Assembly: GCA_902541435.1 (NCBI GenBank)
Contig: CACBQR010000001.1
Location: forward strand, 124,240-172,431
From: an uncultured Alphaproteobacteria bacterium
Lineage (GTDB): Bacteria > Pseudomonadota > Alphaproteobacteria > HIMB59 > GCA-002718135
DNA length: 48,192 nt
Direction: 5' to 3'
Notes under the pieces: generated by a model
Told to the model about the DNA's origin: nothing
The model's input: the letters and a program-made list of their open reading frames with translations, nothing else
Database searches by the model: none
Made by a program: the position numbers and the translations under genes
Shown: piece after piece, positions 26,201 through 35,234 of the stretch
How positions within the stretch are numbered: position 1 is the stretch's first letter
How the letters are laid out: every line of letters begins with the position of its first letter

Positions 26201-27382
26201 ATGAAACTACCAATTAATAATAATTCTCCGATCAATTTGTTAATTTTGTCATCAATCGCTATGCCTATCGCTTTTAGCACTTGGATGGTTTTGTTAAATA
26301 ATTTTTCCGTTGAAAGAGCTAACTTTACTGGAGTAGAGATTGGTATACTGCAAAGTATAAGAGAGATACCTGGTTTTTTAGCTTTTACTATTATTTTTTT
26401 ATTATTTTATTTTAAGGAACAATATTTTGCTATTTTTTCGTTAGCGTTAACTGGTTTCGGTGTTGCAATAACTGGCTTTTTACCAACTATATATGGTTTG
26501 TACTTTACAACAATAATTATGAGTACTGGCTTTCACTATTGTGAAACAGCAAAAAATTCTTTAAGTCTGCAGTGGCTATCTAAAGAGGAGGCTCCCCCCG
26601 TTTTGGGAAAGTTAATAGCTGTTAGCTCAATTACATCTTTAATTTTATATTGTATTATTTGGAGTTTATTAGAAATCTTTAACTTAGATTATAAATTTAT
26701 TTTTTTAATTGCAGGATTAATATGTATTTTTATATCTTTGTACCTTTTTATTTATTTTCCCTTTTTTGAAATTAAAAATAAGCAACACAAAAAAATAATA
26801 CTTAAAAAAGAATATTCTCTTTACTACATTCTAATTTTTTTATCAGGGGCGAGAAGACAAATTTTTGTTGTTTTTGCAGCCTTTTTAATGGTTGAAAAAT
26901 TTGGTTATTCAGCATCACAAGTTACTTTATTATTTTTAGTTAATTATATTTTTAATTGGTTTTTTGCGGAACGAATTGGAAAATTAATAAACATTTTTGG
27001 TGAAAAAAAGTGTCTTATATTTGAGTATATAGGCCTTGTTATAGTATTTACATCATATGCATTTGTTACAAATGCGTATGTTGCAGCTGGTTTGTATATT
27101 ATTGATCATATGTTTTTTGCTTTAGCTATAGCAATCAATACATATTTTCAAAAAATAGCTGATCCGAAAGATATTTCAAGCACTGCTGGAGTTTCATTTA
27201 CTATAAATCACATTGCGGCTGTATTTATACCTGTGATTTTAGGATTTATCTGGATTAACTCTCACTCATTAGTATTTCTTATTGGATCTTTTTTTGCATT
27301 TCTTTCATTAATTGCATCTTTTTTTATTCCTAATTCATTGCATAAAATTAAAAAAAACTTAGCAGAATTTACAACTTATTAA
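26201..27382 (+). CDS. MFS transporter
   Basis: About 12 TM segments, with QSIREIPGFL, LSGARRQIF and FTINHIAAV motifs. Confidence 0.88.
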   Translation: MKLPINNNSPINLLILSSIAMPIAFSTWMVLLNNFSVERANFTGVEIGILQSIREIPGFLAFTIIFLLFYFKEQYFAIFSLALTGFGVAITGFLPTIYGLYFTTIIMSTGFHYCETAKNSLSLQWLSKEEAPPVLGKLIAVSSITSLILYCIIWSLLEIFNLDYKFIFLIAGLICIFISLYLFIYFPFFEIKNKQHKKIILKKEYSLYYILIFLSGARRQIFVVFAAFLMVEKFGYSASQVTLLFLVNYIFNWFFAERIGKLINIFGEKKCLIFEYIGLVIVFTSYAFVTNAYVAAGLYIIDHMFFALAIAINTYFQKIADPKDISSTAGVSFTINHIAAVFIPVILGFIWINSHSLVFLIGSFFAFLSLIASFFIPNSLHKIKKNLAEFTTY

Positions 27383-27575
27383 ATAAGTGACATCTATTAA
27401 ATTGGTCACGAAATCTTGAATCTTCTTTAATATATAGTCTAAATCCTATTTTTGTCTCTCTAATTATTATATAAATTCCACTACCAACAATAATTAATGA
27501 TCCTATAATTTCATAAATATCTGGAATATCAGCAAAAAATAAATAACCTAAAATTGCTCCAGATATTAATTGTGT
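27369..27575 (-). pseudogene. 3' remnant of a DMT/EamA transporter gene
   Basis: Start-less frame TQLISGAILGYLFFADIPDIYEIIGSLIIVGSGIYIIIRE aligns by eye with the C-terminus of the DMT at 30827..31681 (VGYAFFGDLPD...SGIYIFIRE). An in-frame TAA lies immediately upstream. Confidence 0.8.
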
Positions 27576-27585
27576 TTAGTAAATA

Positions 27586-28371
27586 TTAATTTTTTCTTAT
27601 TGTTTCATTATAATGATTATTTAATACTAACAGATGTTGATAGGCTTCATGATCAAAGTCATCTTTTGCTACCTTATCTATTTTAAAATTATTATACATA
27701 TCTTCCCCCCTGACGCAAATAGCACTATCATTTTTACTTTTTAATTGCTTCATATCAGTAGAAATAAATTGAAAATTTAAACCTATTCTTCGGTCATTAC
27801 TAGAGTTTGGTTGGGATGCATGTAATGTTAGACCATGATGAAAAGAAACTTCCCCAGGTTCTAGTGGACATGATACTGCATTATTTATATCAACATCTTT
27901 TACAGTTTGACCTCTAGATAAAACATTATTTTTATCTTCAGTTGAATGATGTTCAAAAAAACCATTTTTATGAGAGCCTGGTATCATTTGCATACACCCA
28001 CTTTGATCATTAGCTTTTGATAAAGCAAGCCATGCACTAACTTGATTTTCATTATTATCAAAACCCCAATAGGTAAGATCTTGATGCCAACTTACATGTG
28101 TTTTTGTGTTTGGTTCTTTTATTATAAAAGTTGCATTATATAATAATATATTTTTACCAATTATTTCTTCGACAAAATCAAGCAATATTTTATTAGTTGC
28201 GATTTCATACACCCATTTCATTATTGTATAAGTTTTCACAATATAATGAAGTTTACCTAGTTTTTTTTCTGAGTCTTCTAATTTATTTCTAAAAAAATTT
28301 GCTTCTTTTGCATTATAAATTTTTAATGGTGAAAAATAGCCATTTCGATTATAAAAATCTTTCATACTCAA
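27586..28371 (-). CDS. phytanoyl-CoA dioxygenase (PhyH) family Fe/2OG oxygenase
   Basis: WHQD, PGSH and LHAS.PN.S.DRRIG. Confidence 0.9.
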   Translation of the reverse strand: MSMKDFYNRNGYFSPLKIYNAKEANFFRNKLEDSEKKLGKLHYIVKTYTIMKWVYEIATNKILLDFVEEIIGKNILLYNATFIIKEPNTKTHVSWHQDLTYWGFDNNENQVSAWLALSKANDQSGCMQMIPGSHKNGFFEHHSTEDKNNVLSRGQTVKDVDINNAVSCPLEPGEVSFHHGLTLHASQPNSSNDRRIGLNFQFISTDMKQLKSKNDSAICVRGEDMYNNFKIDKVAKDDFDHEAYQHLLVLNNHYNETIRKN

Positions 28372-28474
28372 AATATTATTTAAATTGATTATTTATTCAA
28401 TAAAAATTGACAATAAATAAACCAATTAAACAAATAATTAATAAATCAAATATTAAAACAAATTCCATATTGGT

Positions 28475-28543
28475 TGTGGCACTAATTCTTTATGGATAGA
28501 ATACATTTACTCACTAAATATATATTGGTAGATTAGTGCCACA
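28475..28543. repeat. intergenic inverted-repeat element, copy 2
   Basis: Perfect 12-bp inverted repeat TGTGGCACTAAT (28475-28486) / ATTAGTGCCACA (28532-28543) with a 45-nt spacer. Confidence 0.65.
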
Positions 28544-28597
28544 TAATCTATGTACAAAATAATTTAGGCATAAATTGAGTTAAAAAGAGGCAAATTT

Positions 28598-29506
28598 ATG
28601 AAAAAAATCAGTTGGGTAACACATGAAGATTATGACATTTCTCTGCCTGAAAATCATAAATTTACTGCCAGTAAGTTTTCAGATTTGTATAATGAATTAA
28701 AAAATTTAGATTTTTATCATCGTGCAAACATTCTAAGTCCTCAAAAAGCAAGTGTTGATGAGGTTTCTATATGCCATGATTTAGATTACGTATTAAAAAT
28801 TAAAAATGGTACTTTATCTGATAAAGAAATAAGAAGATTGGGTTTTAAATGGTCAGAAAAACTTTCTAATCGTTCCTTTTTAGCAGTTAATGGAACACTA
28901 TTAACATGCAAAGAAGCAATTAATAATGGTATAGCAAATCATTTAGCAGGTGGCACACACCATAGTCATAGAGATTTCGGATCAGGATATTGTGTTTTTA
29001 ACGATATGGCTTATGCTTCATTACATTTAATAAGAGCGCATAAAGTAAAAAAAATATTAATTTTTGACACTGATGTGCATCAAGGAGATGGTACGGCTTC
29101 AATTCTTAAGGATAATGATAAAATTTTTACATGTTCTATTCATTGTAAAAATAATTTTCCCTTTAGAAAATCAAAAAGTGATATGGATGTTGAATTAGAT
29201 GATAATTTAGAAGATTATGAGTATTTAGAAATATTAAATCAAACACTTAATAGTTGTTTAAAAAATTTTAACCCTGAACTAGTAATTTTTGATACAGGAG
29301 TTGATATTCATAAAAATGATAAATTAGGAAATTTAAAAATAACAACTGAAGGACTATTAAAAAGAGATATTACAGTGTTAGAATTTTTTAAAAATAAATC
29401 AATTCCTATTGCGACAGTAATAGGTGGTGGATATTCAAATGATAAATTAGAGTTAGCTAAAAGACATAGTTTAATTTTTAAAGCTACATCAATGGTTTTC
29501 GATTAA
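28598..29506 (+). CDS. Zn-dependent histone-deacetylase-family deacylase
   Basis: GGTHH, GYCVFND, DTDVHQGDGT, GVD...D.LG and GGGY. Confidence 0.92.
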   Translation: MKKISWVTHEDYDISLPENHKFTASKFSDLYNELKNLDFYHRANILSPQKASVDEVSICHDLDYVLKIKNGTLSDKEIRRLGFKWSEKLSNRSFLAVNGTLLTCKEAINNGIANHLAGGTHHSHRDFGSGYCVFNDMAYASLHLIRAHKVKKILIFDTDVHQGDGTASILKDNDKIFTCSIHCKNNFPFRKSKSDMDVELDDNLEDYEYLEILNQTLNSCLKNFNPELVIFDTGVDIHKNDKLGNLKITTEGLLKRDITVLEFFKNKSIPIATVIGGGYSNDKLELAKRHSLIFKATSMVFD

Positions 29507-29911
29507 TTACATTTTAAAATAACTACCAGTATTGACTTGTCTTTAAAGAGATATTCAAAACAAAAATTTTTAAACGAATTAAAATGATTATTTATAATTT
29601 CTAAATTTTCTTTATTATGATCTAAAAAAATATATTCAAATATAATTTTTTCAACAATATCCTTAGAAAAAATTGGCATTGTAATTATTTCTCCATCATT
29701 AAATATTGATTTTAAAAAAAATACATCTGAGTCACTATCTAATTTAGAAAATGAATTTTTTTTTATCAGGAAAAGAACATTTTCATTCCAATCATTCTTT
29801 TTAAGATCAAAAAGTATATTTAAATCTTCAAGGTTTATTAATTTATTTGAATCTAAGGCGTGAGTATTTAGTGATAAAAAAATAAAACATAAAAAAAAGT
29901 AATTTTTTCAT
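29503..29911 (-). pseudogene. hypothetical secreted protein with a +1 frameshift in a T8 run of its signal peptide
   Basis: Not in the ORF track. Removing one base from the A8 run at 29891-29898 gives MKKLLFLCFIFLSLNTHA-LDSNKL...VILKCN (135 aa). The span is 409 nt = 136 codons + 1. Confidence 0.7.
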
Positions 29912-29979
29912 AAAAACAAGTGTGAATTAAAGAACGATACTGATAGATATATTAATAATCTTTTAATTTTCAAATATTT

Positions 29980-30834
29980 ATGAAAACAAGAAATAAGGGT
30001 CTTTTACTATCATTTGTTGGGGTTTTAATTCTTAGCCCTGATAGTTTATTTATTAGATTAGTAAATTTAGATGATTTTAGTTTAATATTTTATAGAAGCG
30101 CTTTACCAATTGTTACGATATTAATATTTCTCATTTATACTTACAAAAGATCTTTTCTTAAATCATTTTATCTAATTGGAGTGCCAGGTATAATCTACGC
30201 TATTCTCTATGCTATAACGCATATTTGTTTTGTGTATTCAATTCAAAATACTGCAGTAGCTAATACATTGGTTCTGATTGCATCAGCTCCCATTTTTGCT
30301 GCATTATTTTCAGTTTTTATACTTAAAGAAATACCAAGTCTTTTTACATGGATAGTTATTTTAATTGCTATGCTTGCAATGATAATCATTGGAATAGGAA
30401 GTTTTACATCTACAGGATTATACGGAGATATTATGGCTCTAATTGTAGCAATAGGAATGGGTTTTAGTATGGTTCTTGTTAGATTATTTAAAAATAAAGA
30501 TTTGGTACCTGCGTGTTTATTAGGATGTTTAATATCAGCTCTTTACGCTCTACCTTTTGGAATAAACTTTAATTTAAATAATGATCAAATTTTATTTCTT
30601 TTTATAATGTGCTTATTAATACTACCTATTCCATTTATGATTTTGACAATTTCTCCTAAATTTACTCCAGCACACGAAGTAGCACTAATATTTTTATTAG
30701 AAAGTGTTTTAGGTACTGCTTGGGTTTGGTTTGTTATAAATGAAATACCTCCTCTAAATACAATTATAGGAGGAGCCCTACTGCTTGGATCTGTTACAAT
30801 ATTTATTTATCAAACAACTAGAGATACTAACTAG
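29980..30834 (+). CDS. DMT/EamA family transporter
   Basis: About 10 TM segments, with LSPDSL.IR, P.FAA.FS...LKE and NE.P motifs. Confidence 0.9.
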   Translation: MKTRNKGLLLSFVGVLILSPDSLFIRLVNLDDFSLIFYRSALPIVTILIFLIYTYKRSFLKSFYLIGVPGIIYAILYAITHICFVYSIQNTAVANTLVLIASAPIFAALFSVFILKEIPSLFTWIVILIAMLAMIIIGIGSFTSTGLYGDIMALIVAIGMGFSMVLVRLFKNKDLVPACLLGCLISALYALPFGINFNLNNDQILFLFIMCLLILPIPFMILTISPKFTPAHEVALIFLLESVLGTAWVWFVINEIPPLNTIIGGALLLGSVTIFIYQTTRDTN

Positions 30835-31681
30835 TTTTTTTAATCTCTTTTCTTTCTCTAATAAAAATATAAATACCGCTAAAAACAATCAAAGATAATC
30901 CTAAATAAATCCAAATATCGGGCAAATCACCGAAGAAAGCATATCCAACAAGTATATTTGTGGAGATCTCAAAATAACCCAAAGGAGCTAGTTTAGAAGC
31001 TTCTCCAAGTCTTAAAGAAAGAATTATTAAAAAATGTCCTAAAGTTCCAATTAAAGCTAATAAGATAAGTAATAATAATTGTCTTAAATCTAAATTTATC
31101 CAGTAAAAAGGAACAATAAGAGATATAAAAATACAACCTACGATACCTGTAAAAAGCAAAGTAACAACAGCACTATCTGTAAAAGATAATTTTCGAGTAT
31201 AAATTATGTAAAAAGCGTATGAAATTCCTGCTGCAATAGCTGAGAAAGATGCGAAATTAATTTCTATAAAACCTGGTCTTATAATAATCATAACACCAAA
31301 AAACCCAATCAAAACTGCAGCCCATCGATGAATTCCAACTTTTTCTTTTAAATAAAAAATTGATAATATTGTCACTATTATTGGAGAGATAAATGCAAGC
31401 GTTAAAGCTTCTGCTAAAGTTATAACTGAAATTGCATAAAAGAAAAAAACGGTAGATAAAAATAAAAAAAAACTTCTAAATAGCTGTACTGAAATTGTTT
31501 TAGGAAAACTAATTTCTTTTCTAAAAAATATAAATGCTAGTGGAAAACTGACTAAAAGCATAAAAAAATATCTACCCCAAACAACTTGTATGAAATGTAT
31601 TTCTGAAGATAGATATTTTGCAATACCATCCATGAAAGGTAATAACAGCCAACCTGATATATTAAGAATATATGCTAACAT
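30827..31681 (-). CDS. DMT/EamA family transporter
   Basis: LKEKVGIHRW..V.IGF.GV.IIIRPG and ASKLAP motifs. Confidence 0.9.
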   Translation of the reverse strand: MLAYILNISGWLLLPFMDGIAKYLSSEIHFIQVVWGRYFFMLLVSFPLAFIFFRKEISFPKTISVQLFRSFFLFLSTVFFFYAISVITLAEALTLAFISPIIVTILSIFYLKEKVGIHRWAAVLIGFFGVMIIIRPGFIEINFASFSAIAAGISYAFYIIYTRKLSFTDSAVVTLLFTGIVGCIFISLIVPFYWINLDLRQLLLLILLALIGTLGHFLIILSLRLGEASKLAPLGYFEISTNILVGYAFFGDLPDIWIYLGLSLIVFSGIYIFIRERKEIKKTS

Positions 31682-31686
31682 TAATT

Positions 31687-32088
31687 TTATTTAAAAGATG
31701 ATGGATCACAAATCTTACAAATTAAATCTCCAATTGATTTTTTAGGATTATAAGTTTGATAGAAAATATCTTTTGCAGAAATATTATTTTCAGATAAATA
31801 TTTTTCTATTTCCCAATAATACCTAAAACATTTTGAACATTGTGCAGCATTTTCTTTATGTGATGGTTTATATATTTCATTCCAAAGTTTGGACATTTCA
31901 TTTTGCTTATCAGGAGAAATATTTTCTGAAATAATTGATGGAATATCCATAAAACACTTAGCGCATTGTATTTCAGATGTTACATTTTTATATGGTTCAT
32001 CTTTATAGTTTTTTCCTATAGTAGTTTTACCAATATATTTATCTGAACTACAATTTGGGCAAAAAAAATTGATTTTATTGTTAAGCAT
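31687..32088 (-). CDS. hypothetical double zinc-ribbon protein
   Basis: Four CxxC motifs: CPNC, CAKC, CSKC and CKIC. Confidence 0.7.
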   Translation of the reverse strand: MLNNKINFFCPNCSSDKYIGKTTIGKNYKDEPYKNVTSEIQCAKCFMDIPSIISENISPDKQNEMSKLWNEIYKPSHKENAAQCSKCFRYYWEIEKYLSENNISAKDIFYQTYNPKKSIGDLICKICDPSSFK

Positions 32089-32148
32089 TTTATTCTATGA
32101 ATAAATTTTCATAACATTTATAAATAAACAATAGAATTATTATTTATA

Positions 32149-33024
32149 ATGAACCTATATCTTTCATATCTATTTATCTTTTTTTGGAGTAGTGCTTTTA
32201 TAAGTGGTCAATTTATTGTGCAATCAGCAAGCCCTTTTGCAGCACTATGTTTTAGGTTTTGTATTGTAAGTGTATTTTTTTTAATTTTTTCTATTATTTT
32301 TAGGGAAAGAATAAGAATAAATCGAAATTTAATCTTTCAAGCTATGATTACTGGAATTCTTTTTCATGGATTTTATTTAGGTGGAGTATTTTTTTCTTAT
32401 TCTATGGGACTTACTGCAACATTATCTGCGTTAATTGTATGCCTTCAACCTATTTTAACAAATATTCTAAGTGGACCTATTTTAAAAGAAAAAGTTACTG
32501 TTAAGCAATGGATAGGAATATTTTTTGGTTTTTTAGGCACTATATTAGTTATAGGTTATGATATTGGAACAGAAATCCCAACAATAGGTGTTATTGCTTC
32601 TATTGCTGCACTTTTAGGAGCAACTTCAGCTACTATTTGGCAAAAAAAATTTACTCATGAAATCAGTCTTTCAGTTAATAATTTTTATCAAGCATTAAGT
32701 GCTGGAATATTTTTATTTATAATTTCACTTTTTTTTGAAATATCATTTATTAATTTTGATAAACGTTTTATTTTATCAATTTCTTGGCAAATTATTATGG
32801 TATCCTTTGGAGCTTACGCAATTCTAATGTTCTTGATAAAAAATGGAACAGCTTCTAAAACATCAAGTCTCTTCTTTCTAGTACCTCCAACTACAGCTGT
32901 GATGGCTTGGTTTGTATTAGGTGAAAAATTATTATTAATAGATATTATAGGGTTGTTAATTTGTACTTTTGGTGTTTATATAGCAACTCGAACCAATGTG
33001 AGTAAAAATGTACATAATTCTTAA
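32149..33024 (+). CDS. DMT/EamA family transporter
   Basis: WSSAF, LQPILT and FLVPP.TA...LGE motifs. Confidence 0.9.
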   Translation: MNLYLSYLFIFFWSSAFISGQFIVQSASPFAALCFRFCIVSVFFLIFSIIFRERIRINRNLIFQAMITGILFHGFYLGGVFFSYSMGLTATLSALIVCLQPILTNILSGPILKEKVTVKQWIGIFFGFLGTILVIGYDIGTEIPTIGVIASIAALLGATSATIWQKKFTHEISLSVNNFYQALSAGIFLFIISLFFEISFINFDKRFILSISWQIIMVSFGAYAILMFLIKNGTASKTSSLFFLVPPTTAVMAWFVLGEKLLLIDIIGLLICTFGVYIATRTNVSKNVHNS

Positions 33025-33355
33025 AACACTAATCAGTGCAATTATTATTGTTGCTGTTTCAGAAATAGCTAAAAAATATACTTGGACTGCTGCAATTATT
33101 GTTTCTTTACCATTGACTTCACTATTGGCATTTGTTTGGTTGTATTGGGATACAAAAGACTATCAAAAAGTTATAGATCTCTCTTATAGCACAATTGTTA
33201 TGACTTTACCTTCAATAGTATTTTTTATTGTTTTACCAATACTTTTAAAATTTAAACAAAACTTTGTTTTCTCTCTGATATTTTCAATAATTAGCACTGC
33301 AATAGCTTATGCTATTTTTATGTTTATAATTAAAAAATTGAATTTTAATTTTTAA
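33008..33355 (+). CDS. DUF3147-like small membrane protein
   Basis: K..ISA.IIVAVSEIAK and SLPLTSLLA..W.Y pattern. Confidence 0.75.
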   Translation: MYIILKTLISAIIIVAVSEIAKKYTWTAAIIVSLPLTSLLAFVWLYWDTKDYQKVIDLSYSTIVMTLPSIVFFIVLPILLKFKQNFVFSLIFSIISTAIAYAIFMFIIKKLNFNF

Positions 33356-33530
33356 TTATATTATCTTTATTCATTAAAATTGGCCTTCCATCATGTGCAG
33401 TATTTAATGGATAATAATCACCATTATATTTAACACATAATGTTAAACCATTTCTTTTTTCTTTACCTAAATTTACCTCTAAATCGACTATTACTAATTC
33501 AGTTTTTTCTAAAACTTTAATAATTTTCAT
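33345..33530 (-). CDS. hypothetical 61-aa protein
   Basis: AAGGA SD upstream and protein-like composition (PLNTAHDGRPILM). Confidence 0.7.
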   Translation of the reverse strand: MKIIKVLEKTELVIVDLEVNLGKEKRNGLTLCVKYNGDYYPLNTAHDGRPILMNKDNIIKN

Positions 33531-33590
33531 AACTATCCTTTCAAAATATATAAATATATTTAGTAAATACTATAAGATGTATCAAGTTTT

Positions 33591-34385
33591 ATGATTAGAG
33601 TTTTACTTATATTTATTTTAATATTCTTGATTAAGAATGCTCTAGCTAATGATAAACATATAACCATAGCAAGCACAACTTCTACACACGATACGGGTTT
33701 ATTAGAATATATTAACAAAGAATTTGAAAAAAAATATAAAATAAAAGTCAGAGCATTATCTCTTGGAACAGGACAAGCAATTAAAGTTGCAATGGATGGA
33801 AATGTAGAAATTTTATTAGTTCATCATAAAAAATCAGAGCTAGAATTTATGAATAAGGGATATGGCACCCTAAGATATGATTTGATGTATAATGATTTTG
33901 TCTTGATAGGACCAAAAAAAGATAACAAAACATGCTCTTCAATTGAAAATAAAATGATTGAAATTAAAAAATCGAAATTATCATTTGTATCAAGAGGTGA
34001 TATGAGTGGAACACACAAAAAGGAAAAAGAGCTTTGGGAACTAGCAAATATAAAAATACCATTTAAAGAAAATTGGTATCTCAGTGTTGGTCAGGGAATG
34101 GGCTCAACATTATTAATAGCTAATCAAAAGAATGCGTACACTCTTAGTGATCGTAGCACTTGGATAGCTTTTAATAAAAAAGAAAATCTACAAATTGTCT
34201 GTGAAAATTTACCACCATTATTTAATCAATATGGGATAATTTTAGTAAGCAATAAGATAAATAATAATTTAAATATTGAAGAAGCTAAAAAATATATTGA
34301 TTGGATTACATCAGAAGAAGCTAAAAAATTGATTAATAATTATCGAGTAAATGGAAAACAATTATTTTACTTTAATCATAATTAG
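33591..34385 (+). CDS. tupA: tungstate ABC transporter substrate-binding protein
   Basis: ASTTSTHDTGLL, GTGQA, MYNDFV.IGP, FVSRGD.SGTH.KE, GQGMG and YTLSDR.T. Confidence 0.85.
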   Translation: MIRVLLIFILIFLIKNALANDKHITIASTTSTHDTGLLEYINKEFEKKYKIKVRALSLGTGQAIKVAMDGNVEILLVHHKKSELEFMNKGYGTLRYDLMYNDFVLIGPKKDNKTCSSIENKMIEIKKSKLSFVSRGDMSGTHKKEKELWELANIKIPFKENWYLSVGQGMGSTLLIANQKNAYTLSDRSTWIAFNKKENLQIVCENLPPLFNQYGIILVSNKINNNLNIEEAKKYIDWITSEEAKKLINNYRVNGKQLFYFNHN

Positions 34386-35164
34386 TTAATTCTACCAAAA
34401 AATGTTAATCTTGCATTTTCTGAAAGCATTGCGCCCTCTTCTTCATTATAATTAAGTGTTACTAATATTCTTGGTTTTTCAGACTCTACCGGTGTTACAC
34501 GATGCAAATAATTTCTACCATAAAATAATATAAGAGTACCGGCATCAACATCTGCTTTTTGTGGTAAAATTTTTCTATCTAAAATATCTTTAATATATGA
34601 TTTATCGATATAGTTTTCTGAAAAATTTCTACCTTTACTAACATATTCAAATTCACCACCTTTATCTGATGATTGTATCATTAAAGTGATAGCAAATGAT
34701 GCATTATCAAAATGCCATCCTAACTGTTGTGATTTTTGATAATAATTATAATTTATAGAAGATAAGGTATCACTGTATGGATAAATATCTTTTAAATTTA
34801 AGACACCTTTTAAAAAATTTTTAAAAATATTTGATTGATATAAAATATTTAATTTTGATTGCTGATTTAACAGATCATGAGGTACACAACCTTTATCACT
34901 AACGATCTCTCTATTTAAAGGATCATTTAAGTCACTTAATTTATTTTGTTTATTAAGTAAGATAGTATGATTTTGAGAACAATAGAAAGCTTGATCTCGT
35001 AATCCATGTGCTTCAGTAATTAATTTACTTAAGCAGTCTTTTGTTAAAAAATCATTTAATATTAGTATAGATTTTTTTTTAATTTCATCTTTGCAATATT
35101 GTATATATTCATCGCTATCTATTGGATGTTTTGACTGATTAACTATATCAATTATGGTATTCAT
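34382..35164 (-). CDS. Fe/2OG oxygenase, BesD/HalD-related hydroxylase type
   Basis: LGWHFD, GGEFEY and GRNYLHRVTPV (HxD...H facial triad). Confidence 0.75.
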   Translation of the reverse strand: MNTIIDIVNQSKHPIDSDEYIQYCKDEIKKKSILILNDFLTKDCLSKLITEAHGLRDQAFYCSQNHTILLNKQNKLSDLNDPLNREIVSDKGCVPHDLLNQQSKLNILYQSNIFKNFLKGVLNLKDIYPYSDTLSSINYNYYQKSQQLGWHFDNASFAITLMIQSSDKGGEFEYVSKGRNFSENYIDKSYIKDILDRKILPQKADVDAGTLILFYGRNYLHRVTPVESEKPRILVTLNYNEEEGAMLSENARLTFFGRIN

Positions 35165-35234
35165 TACTGACTTAATACTTATATACTAAAGTTGTAGATG
35201 TTAAATTTAAAAAATTTATATATATTTATTCAAT

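Noticed and set aside
24479-28543. TGGCAC copies considered as sigma-54 promoters or integron attC sites
   Set aside because: None has TTGC at the -12 position, the arms lack RYYYAAC/GTTRRRY ends, and there is no integrase in the window.
16358-34018. Short ORFs 16358..16582 (-) and 33824..34018 (-)
   Set aside because: Antisense shadows of the YugP-like and tupA genes.
34382-35164. BesD/HalD-like radical halogenase
   Set aside because: The iron-binding motif is HFD (HxD). Halogenases have HxG or HxA, so a hydroxylase is more likely.
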